Below the pieces are notes generated by a model, which made no database searches, had not been told where the DNA came from, and was given only the letters and a program-made list of their open reading frames with translations. A DNA stretch of 64,000 bases from an uncultured delta proteobacterium (GTDB taxonomy: Bacteria > Myxococcota > Myxococcia > SLRQ01). The position numbers and the translations under genes are program-made. Shown here in pieces: positions 55,914 to 64,000 of the stretch (the first letter of the stretch is position 1; every line of letters begins with the position of its first letter). Location: NCBI GenBank assembly GCA_963727485.1, contig CAVSGM010000003.1, positions 704,001 through 768,000 of the forward strand, written 5' to 3'.

Positions 55914-57235
55914 AGCGGGAAGGTCAGCTCCTGGAGGTAGCCGCCGCGCTGGATCACCAGCTCGAGCTGCCCGCTGCGCTCGGCCCGGAGCACCATCTCC
56001 TTGAGGTCCGAGTGCCCGGTGACCTCCACCGAGTTCACCGCCCGGATCACGTCCCCGGGCTTGAGCCCCACCCGCGCCGCCGGCGACCCGGGCGTCACCC
56101 GGGTGACCACCAGGCCCCGATCGGTGGCCAGGCGCATCCGCCGGGCCAGGCGCCGGCCGTTCGCCCGCACCGTGATGCCCACCTGGGTGCGCAAGAGCTC
56201 GTCGGCCACGTGGGCCGGCACCTCGGTGGTCTTCACCGAAAGCTTCACCGTGCCCTCGCCGCGCACCACCTTCAGGTGGGCCACCGCGCCCACGGTCACC
56301 GCCCGCAGCCGGTAGCGGTACTCGGCGCTGCTCCCCACCGGCCGGCCGTCGATCCCCAGGATCACGTCGCCCTGCTTCACCTTCCCCGCCGCCGGCGACC
56401 CGCGGAGCACGTCGGTGACCACCACCCCGCGGTCGTTCTGCACCGGCTGGACCAGGAGCCCCAGCCAGGCCTCGCGGATGTGGCCAAAGTGGATGAGGTC
56501 GGCGACCTCGCGCTTCACCCGCGCCGCGGGGATGGCGAACCCAATCCCCTGGCCCTTGCCGAGGATGGCGGTGTTGATGCCCATCACCTCGCCGTCGATG
56601 TCCAGGAGCGGCCCGCCGCTGTTCCCCGGGTTGATCGAGGCGTCGGTCTGGATGAAGTCGAAGTAGGTCCGCCCCTCGGCCTTCAGGTCCCGGTGCAGGG
56701 AGCTGACGATCCCCCGGGAGACCGTGTGCGCCAGGCCGAAGGGGTTGCCGATGGCGATCACCGTCTCCCCGAGCATCAGGGTGTTCGAGTCGCCCAGCGG
56801 CGCCGCGGGCAGCGGCTTGCCCGCGTCGACCTTGAGCACCGCCAGGTCGCCGTCGGGATCCGTGCCCACCACCTGCGCCCGGAGGCGCTTGTCGTTCCAC
56901 AGGTGGACCCAAATCCGGGCCCCGTGGCGGATCACGTGGTAGTTGGTCACCACGTAGCCCCGGGGGTCGATGATCACCCCCGAGCCCAGGGCGTAGGGCC
57001 GGTAGCCCTCCTTGTACCGCGGGGGCTGGTAGTAGCCCCCGAAGAACTCGTTGAGCCAGTGGGAGCCGCCGACCTGGACCCGGACCTTCTGGTCGGTGGA
57101 GATGGAGACCACCGCCGCCTTGGTCTTCTCCACCGCCAGGACCGTCGGGGTCCGGCGGGCGGCGAGATCGGCGCGGGCGCCCGCAGGCGCCAGGAGGGCG
57201 GCGGCGACGACGAGGGCGGCAGCGGGGCGCAGCAC
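55910..57235 (-). CDS. HtrA/DegP serine protease with two PDZ domains
   Basis: TNYHV, DLAVL, INPGNSGGPL. Confidence 0.93.
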   Translation of the reverse strand: MLRPAAALVVAAALLAPAGARADLAARRTPTVLAVEKTKAAVVSISTDQKVRVQVGGSHWLNEFFGGYYQPPRYKEGYRPYALGSGVIIDPRGYVVTNYHVIRHGARIWVHLWNDKRLRAQVVGTDPDGDLAVLKVDAGKPLPAAPLGDSNTLMLGETVIAIGNPFGLAHTVSRGIVSSLHRDLKAEGRTYFDFIQTDASINPGNSGGPLLDIDGEVMGINTAILGKGQGIGFAIPAARVKREVADLIHFGHIREAWLGLLVQPVQNDRGVVVTDVLRGSPAAGKVKQGDVILGIDGRPVGSSAEYRYRLRAVTVGAVAHLKVVRGEGTVKLSVKTTEVPAHVADELLRTQVGITVRANGRRLARRMRLATDRGLVVTRVTPGSPAARVGLKPGDVIRAVNSVEVTGHSDLKEMVLRAERSGQLELVIQRGGYLQELTFPL

Positions 57236-57239
57236 GGGG

Positions 57240-57437
57240 CTACTCGTCCGCGGTCTCGTCGGCTTCGTCCTCGTCCGCCGGATCCATGGAGACGGCGACC
57301 ACGTCGGCGTTCTCCTTCTGGTCGGCGAGGCCCTTCACGAACTTGTCGTAGTCCTTCTCGGCCACCACGCCGTCGTGGATGAAGCGTTGGACGATGCGCT
57401 GGTCGTAGAGGCGATGCTCGGGACGGTCCTTGGCCAC
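57240..57437 (-). CDS. Small acidic hypothetical protein
   Basis: AGGAG RBS, strong codon bias, LYDQRIVQRFI. Confidence 0.65.
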   Translation of the reverse strand: MAKDRPEHRLYDQRIVQRFIHDGVVAEKDYDKFVKGLADQKENADVVAVSMDPADEDEADETADE

Positions 57438-57532
57438 GTTTCTCTCCTAGCTGGTCCCCGGAAAAGGGGCGGAAAGGTAGCTTCCGCGTGGGAAGGCTGT
57501 CAACGAGCCAGGGATGGCGTAGATTCCCGGCC

Positions 57533-58186
57533 GTGGACCCGGGCCTCTACGCCATCGCCGACCTCGCCGCGGGCGCCGCCGACCCCGAGGCCCTCGCCGG
57601 GCAGCTGCTCGCCTGCGGCCCCGCCGCCCTCCAGCTCCGGTGGAAGGACCCCCCGGGGGCCGGGGCCTTCCTGGAGGTGGCCCGGCGCCTCGCCGCCCTG
57701 AGCCGCGCCGCCGGGGTGCCCTTCATCGTGAACGACCGGGTCGACGTCGCCGCCCTCGCCGGGGCCGACGGGGTCCACCTCGGCCAGGACGACCTGCCCC
57801 TCGCCGCCGCCCGGCGCCTGCTCCCCCCGGGGACCCTGGTGGGCGTGTCCACCCACACCCTGGCCCAGGTCGAGGCGGCGGTCGCCGAGGGCGCCGACTA
57901 CCTGGGCTTCGGCCCGGTCTTCGCCACCTCCACCAAGGCCCGCCCGGACCCGGTGGTGGGCCCGGGCGGCCTCGCCGCCGCCGTCCGCGCCGCGGCCCCG
58001 GTGCCCGTGGTGGCCATCGGGGGCATCACCCTGGAGCGGGTGGCCGAGGTCGCCGGCACCGGGGCGGCGTGCGCCGCGGTCATCGGCGACGTCCTCGGGG
58101 CCGCCGACGTCGCCGCCCGCGCCGCCGCGGTCCACCAGGCGTTTCTCGACGCCCGGCCGGCCACCCCGGGGGGCCCCCGCCGGTGA
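57533..58186 (+). CDS. thiE: Thiamine phosphate synthase
   Basis: [30 protein letters not shown]. Confidence 0.93.
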   Translation: MDPGLYAIADLAAGAADPEALAGQLLACGPAALQLRWKDPPGAGAFLEVARRLAALSRAAGVPFIVNDRVDVAALAGADGVHLGQDDLPLAAARRLLPPGTLVGVSTHTLAQVEAAVAEGADYLGFGPVFATSTKARPDPVVGPGGLAAAVRAAAPVPVVAIGGITLERVAEVAGTGAACAAVIGDVLGAADVAARAAAVHQAFLDARPATPGGPRR

Positions 58187-58914
58187 TCCTCGTCGGGCTC
58201 ACCGCCGACGAGGCCGAGGCGACCGAGGCGTCGCCCCTGGCGTCCTACGTCCTCAAGGCCCCCTACGCCGACGCCGTGGCCCGGGCCGGGGCGCTGCCCG
58301 TGATCCTCCCCTACCTCGACGCCGGCGCCGTCGACGCCCTCCTCGACCGCCTCGACGCGGTGGTGGTCACCGGCGGCGCCTTCGACGTCTCGCCGGCCCT
58401 CTACGGCGCCGCCCCGGCGCCGGGCCTCGGCCCCCTCAAGGCCGCGCGCACCGCCTTCGAGGCGGCCCTCACCCAGGGCGCCCTCGCCCGGGGCCTGCCC
58501 CTCCTCGGGGTCTGCGGGGGGATGCAGCTCCTCGCCGTCCTCGCCGGCGGCACCCTCCTCCAGGATCTGCCCACCGAGCGCCCGGACGCCCTCGCCCACG
58601 AGCAGGCCACCGACAGCCGCCAGCCGGCCCACCCGGTGGCCGTCACCGCCGGCACCCGCCTCGCCGCGGCGGTGGGCGAGGGCGGCCTGGACGTCAACTC
58701 CACCCACCACCAGGCGGTGGACGATCCCGGGCGCCTCACCGTGAGCGCCGTCGCCCCCGACGGCGTGGTCGAGGCCGTGGAGGACCGGTCCGCGGCCTTC
58801 GTGGTCGGCGTCCAGTGGCACCCCGAGCGCCTCGTCGCCCGCGACCCGCGCCACCAGGGCCTCTACGACGCCCTGGTCGCCGCCGCCGCCGCCCGCGCCG
58901 CCGGAGGGGCCTGA
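58183..58914 (+). CDS. Peptidase C26 / gamma-glutamyl hydrolase (PuuD-like)
   Basis: [22 protein letters not shown]. Confidence 0.9.
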   Translation: MILVGLTADEAEATEASPLASYVLKAPYADAVARAGALPVILPYLDAGAVDALLDRLDAVVVTGGAFDVSPALYGAAPAPGLGPLKAARTAFEAALTQGALARGLPLLGVCGGMQLLAVLAGGTLLQDLPTERPDALAHEQATDSRQPAHPVAVTAGTRLAAAVGEGGLDVNSTHHQAVDDPGRLTVSAVAPDGVVEAVEDRSAAFVVGVQWHPERLVARDPRHQGLYDALVAAAAARAAGGA

Positions 58915-59844
58915 TGGCCGACGCCGATCTGTTCAACCGCGTCCGCAAGACCTGGCGCCACCGCCGGAAGTGGGCGGCGCGCCAGGGCCTCGAGGCCTTC
59001 CGGGTCTACGACCGGGACATCCCCGAGCACCCCTACACCGTGGACTGGTACGCGGGCCGGATCGTCTGCGTCCACTACCCCTCGCGCCGGCGTCCCGGGG
59101 GTATCCCCGAGGCCGAGCTCCGCGCCGGCCTCGCCGAGATCTTCGAGGCGGTGGCCTCGGAGGTGTACCTGAAGACCAAGACCCCCCGGCGCCCGGGCCG
59201 AAGCCAGTACGAGAAGCTCGCCGACACCGGCCGGCGCTTGCCGGTCGCCGAGCAGGGCCTGCGCTTCTGGGTGAACCTCACGGACTACGTGGACACCGGG
59301 CTCTTCCTCGACCACCGGCTGACCCGGGCGCGGGTCCGGGACGAGGCGCGGGGCAAGCGCTTCCTCAACCTGTTCTGCTACACCGGCGCCTTCACGCGTC
59401 TACGCCGCCGCCGGGGGCGCCGCGGCGACCACCTCGGTGGACCTCTCCAACACCTACCTCGCCTGGACCCGGGACAACCTCATCCTCAACGACCTCGAGG
59501 CCAAGGCCCACACCCAGGTTCGCGCCGACGTCCTCCGGTGGATCACCACCGGCCCCGCCGGCGCCTTCGACCTCGCCGTCCTCGACCCCCCGAGCTTCTC
59601 CCGCTCCAAGGGCATGCGCACCGACTTCGAGCTCCAGGCGGATCACCCGGTGCTCCTCGCCGCCACCCTGCGCCTGCTGGCCCCCGGCGGGGTCCTCTAC
59701 TTCTCGACCAACTACCGGGGCTTCGAGCTCTCGGAGTCCGCCGCCGCCGGTTGCGAGATCGAGGAGCTCACCCCGGCCTCCATCCCCGAGGACTTCCGGG
59801 ACCGGCAGGTCCACCGGTGCTTCCGCATCGTGACGCCCCGGTGA
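58914..59844 (+). CDS. SAM-dependent rRNA methyltransferase (RlmK/RlmI-like; indel near 59397)
   Basis: [29 protein letters not shown]. Confidence 0.85.
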
Positions 59845-59865
59845 GGGCCGGGTAGGCTTTGGGCC

Positions 59866-60242
59866 ATGGCCCCGGATCCCACCGACCCGCGCCACTGGCT
59901 CCTCTACGACGGCGACTGAGGCTTCTGACGCCGCGCCGTCGCCTGGGTCAGGCGACACGACCGCGCCGGGGCGCTCAACCCGGAGCCCTTCCAGACGGCC
60001 CCCTCGCCGCCGATGACCCCCGAGCTGCGCCGGGCCTGCGCCCGGGCCGTCCACGTGGTCACCTCAAGCGGCCAGGTGCTCCGGGCGGGGCGGGCGGCCC
60101 TCTTCGTCCTCGAACGCACCGGCCACCCGATCCTCGGGCGGGTCCTGGGGTGGCCGCCGATGGTCTGGGCGGTGGAGCTGACGTACCGGGTGGTGGCGGC
60201 CAACCGCGGCTTCTTCGCCCGGTTCCTCTTCCGGCCGCCGCG

Positions 60243-60246
<4 letters not shown>
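59866..60246 (+). CDS. DCC1/DUF393-like thiol-disulfide oxidoreductase, putative selenoprotein (UxxU)
   Basis: ATG...CTC TAC GAC GGC GAC TGA GGC TTC TGA reads LYDGD-U-GF-U, in frame with ORF 60013-60246 ending YRVVAANR. Confidence 0.8.
59938..59956 (+). promoter_or_regulatory. Putative bacterial SECIS hairpin
   Basis: GTCGCCTG-GGT-CAGGCGAC, a perfect 8-bp stem; the G-containing loop is 17 and 26 nt after the two TGAs. Confidence 0.7.
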
Positions 60247-61150
<904 letters not shown>

Positions 61151-61154
<4 letters not shown>

Positions 61155-62512
61155 GGTACGCCCTCGCGGCGCTCGTAGTTGTCGAACCGGGTGTAGCTCT
61201 CGAAGAAGACCAGCTCCACCGTGTCCACCGGGCCGTTTCGCTGCTTGGCGATGATGACCTCGGCGAGCCCGTCGTGCTCGGCGTTCTCGCCCTGCTTGTA
61301 GCGGTCCTCGCGGTGGATGAAGGCGATGACGTCGGCGTCCTGCTCGATGGCGCCCGACTCCCGGAGGTCGGAGAGCTGGGGCCGCTTGTTCTCCCGGCGC
61401 TCCAGGGAGCGGTTGAGCTGGGAGAGGGCCATCACCGGCACCTCCAGCTCCTTGGCGAGCTGCTTGAGCCCCCGGCTGATCGCCGAGATCTCCTGCTCGC
61501 GGCTGTCGGTCTTGGGGCCGCGCATCAGCTGGAGATAGTCGATGACCACCAGGTCCAGGCCGTGCTTGGCCCGCATCCGCCGGCACTTGGAGCGCAGGGC
61601 GTTGAGGGTGAGCGCCGGGGTGTCGTCGATGTAGAGCTTGGAGTCGTTGAGCTTGCTCGCCGCGGTGGCGAGCTTGGGCCAGGAGCCCTGGGCGATGCGC
61701 CCGGTCCGCAGGGTCTCGCTGGGCACCCGGCCCTCGCTGGCGAGCATGCGCATCACCAGCTGCTCCCGCGGCATCTCCAGGGAGAACACGGCGACGGCGG
61801 CCCCGGGCTCCAGGCGCAGGGCGGCGTTGGAGGCGATGTTCAGGGCCAGGGCGGTCTTCCCCATGGAGGGGCGGGCGGCGAGGATGATGAGGTCGCCGCG
61901 CTGGAGGCCGGCGGTGATCCGGTCGAGGTCGGTGTAGCCGGTGGAGACCCCGGTGACGTCGGACTGGGCGGCGAAGCGGGCCTCGAGGATCTTGAAGACG
62001 TCGAGGGCCACCTCGCCGGCGTGGGCGAGGTCGCGCTTCTCCTGGGACTGGGAGATCTTGAAGACGTCGCCTTCGACCTGGTCGATGAAGTCCCGGATGC
62101 TCGACGGCCCGGCGACCGCCTCGGTCAGCGCCCCGTTGAGGCTGCCGATGAGCCGCCGGAGGGTGGCCTTCTCCTTGACGATGCCGGCGTAGGTCACCGC
62201 GTGGGAGGCGGTGGGGACCCCGGTGTCGAGGTTCGCCAGGTAGTCGAGGCCCCCACAGGCGTCGAGCTGGTCGTGGTCCCGGAGGCGCTCGACCAGGGTC
62301 ACCAGGTCGACGGGCTTGCTCTCCGCCGACAGGGCGGTCATCGCCTCCCAGATGACCCCGTGGGCCCGGCGGTAGAAGTCCTCGGGGTGGAGCTGGTCCT
62401 CGAGCTCATGGAGGACCTCGGCGTCGAGGAGCACCCCGCCGAGGACGCTGCGCTCCGCTTCCAGGGAGTGGGGGAGCGCTCGCTCGCGCGTCTCTTGAGC
62501 GTCCGGGAGCAT
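61151..62512 (-). CDS. dnaB: Replicative DNA helicase
   Basis: AARPSMGKT, FSLEM, IDYLQL, LRESGAIEQDAD, KQRNG. Confidence 0.97.
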
Positions 62513-62685
62513 GGCCAGGAGACGCCGGAGCATACCATGGGGGGCAAGGTCCGGGACGATTCCCGGCCCGTCAGGGGTTCTGCCCCGGGGAGCGGTGGCT
62601 TCTCACCATCCCTGGCGCTATATTCGCGGAAGATGTATAGGACGGCTCGGCTCGGGAGGGCCGGAACCCGTCTTGGAGGTACGAA

Positions 62686-62889
62686 GTGCTCGGCACCCCA
62701 GAACTCCTCATCATTCTCGCCATCGTGGTCCTGGTCTTCGGGGCCAAGCGGATCCCGGAGCTCGGGAAGGGCCTCGGAGAGGGCATCCGCTCCTTCAAGG
62801 ACGGCCTCGCCGCCAAGGACCAGGAGCCCGGCGACCCCAAGGAGGTCAAGGGGTCCGAGGATGAGGCAGAGAAGAAGCTTCTCCCCTAG
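62686..62889 (+). CDS. tatA: Twin-arginine translocase TatA/E
   Basis: [26 protein letters not shown]. Confidence 0.93.
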   Translation: MLGTPELLIILAIVVLVFGAKRIPELGKGLGEGIRSFKDGLAAKDQEPGDPKEVKGSEDEAEKKLLP

Positions 62890-62905
62890 GCGGGGCCCCT
62901 AATCG

Positions 62906-63520
62906 ATGGCCAATCGGAGGTACTCCCGTCGGGACCTCTTCCGCCTCTTCGGCGCGCGGGTGAAGAACGCCGCGGAGCCGGTGGCCCGGGCCGTGCGCCC
63001 GCAGCCGCCCGGGGCTTCCGCCGGCGACGCCCCCGGAGCCGCGGCCGCCCGGGACCTGGTGTGGATTCGGCCCCCGGGCTACGGCGAGGGGACCACCGAG
63101 GTCTGCGGGGGCTGCGACGCCTGCCTCGAGGCCTGTGGCCCCGAGGCCATCGTCAAGCTCACCGACGGCACCCCCGGCATCGACCCGAGGCGACAGCCGT
63201 GCCTCCTCTGCGGGGACCTGCCCTGCATCGAGGCCTGCCCCTCGGACGTGCTCCAGCCCCTGCGCACCCCGGCGATGGCCCGGATGGCCGTCGCCGAGAT
63301 CGTCGCCGAGCGCTGCCGCCACGGCCGGGGCGAGCCGTGCAGCGACTGCTACACCGCCTGCCCCCTGCCTGGCCGCGCCATGGCGCTGGTGACCGGGGGG
63401 CCCGCGGGCCCCAAGCCGGTCGTGTTCGCCGAGGGCTGCACGGGGTGTGGCGCGTGCCTCTACGCCTGCCCCGAGCGCCCTCGCGCCATCCGCCTGGTCC
63501 CCGCGGCTACTCCGCGGTGA
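62906..63520 (+). CDS. NapF/MauM-like 4Fe-4S ferredoxin
   Basis: SRRDLF, IRPP, four Cys clusters. Confidence 0.85.
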   Translation: MANRRYSRRDLFRLFGARVKNAAEPVARAVRPQPPGASAGDAPGAAAARDLVWIRPPGYGEGTTEVCGGCDACLEACGPEAIVKLTDGTPGIDPRRQPCLLCGDLPCIEACPSDVLQPLRTPAMARMAVAEIVAERCRHGRGEPCSDCYTACPLPGRAMALVTGGPAGPKPVVFAEGCTGCGACLYACPERPRAIRLVPAATPR

Positions 63521-63950
63521 CCCACACCATGACCTCGGGGGTGACCTCGGGGTGCAGGCGCACGGTGACCTTGTAGACGCCCAGCGTCTTGATGGGCTCC
63601 TGGAGCCGGATCCGCTTGCGGTCCACCTCGACCCCCTCAATCCCGAGGGCGTCGGCGATGTCCCGGACGGTCACCGAGCCGAAGAGCTTGTCCATCTCGC
63701 CCGCCTTGCGGGAGACGGTGACCGACAGGCCCTCGAGCTTCGACGACAGCTCGGTGGCCTCGGCCTTCATCGACTCCAGGCGCTTGGCGATCAGCCGCTG
63801 CTCGTGCTCGATGCGGCGGACGTTCTTGGGATCCGCCAGGACCGCCAGGCCCTGGGGAAGCAGGTAGTTGCGTCCGTAGCCTGGCTTGACCTCGACGATG
63901 TCGCCGACGTCGCCCAGACCGTGGACGTCCTCACGAAGAATGACCCTCAT
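63507..63950 (-). CDS. rplI: 50S ribosomal protein L9
   Basis: VKPGYGRNYLLP, KLFGSVT, IKTLG. Confidence 0.97.
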   Translation of the reverse strand: MRVILREDVHGLGDVGDIVEVKPGYGRNYLLPQGLAVLADPKNVRRIEHEQRLIAKRLESMKAEATELSSKLEGLSVTVSRKAGEMDKLFGSVTVRDIADALGIEGVEVDRKRIRLQEPIKTLGVYKVTVRLHPEVTPEVMVWVTAE

Positions 63951-63976
63951 GTCGTCTCCCGGTGGGATCGCCGGCG

Positions 63977-64000
63977 TCAGCCGGTGATGCTGAAGGGCAG
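63977..64000 (-). CDS. rpsR: Probable 3' end of ribosomal protein S18
   Basis: LPFSITG* directly upstream of rplI; only 8 codons visible. Confidence 0.5.
   Translation of the reverse strand: MPFSITG

Overview
High-GC bacterial chromosome segment, most consistent with a Myxococcota/deltaproteobacterial genome (inferred from gene content and Cys-rich lipoproteins). Many single-base indels suggest a long-read assembly. Layout: (1) 1-15 kb, housekeeping and metabolic genes (trxA, acyl-CoA synthetase, SerA-like, MenA-like, ruvX, clpB). (2) About 15.6-24.2 kb, a lower-GC defence island: a tightly coupled six-gene operon joining two CBASS modules (CD-NTase, Cap2, Cap3, HNH-SAVED effector; then a CdnE-like CD-NTase and a Cap15-like effector, possibly fused), an orphan nuclease-like ORF and an IS630 element. 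(3) About 24-40 kb, an accessory mosaic with immunity-like genes, an HNH gene plus an internally deleted mini-copy, and duplicated lipocalins. (4) 40-49.5 kb, a cyclic beta-1,2-glucan synthase with a universal stress protein. (5) 49.6-64 kb, core genes (xth, slyD, arfB, SMUG1-like, HtrA, thiE, dnaB, tatA, rplI). The most striking hidden feature is a DCC1/DUF393-like oxidoreductase at 59866-60246, only partly caught by the ORF track. Both Cys codons of its CxxC motif are in-frame TGA and a SECIS-like hairpin follows, making it a candidate UxxU double-selenocysteine protein. All family assignments come from motif recognition by eye; no searches were run.
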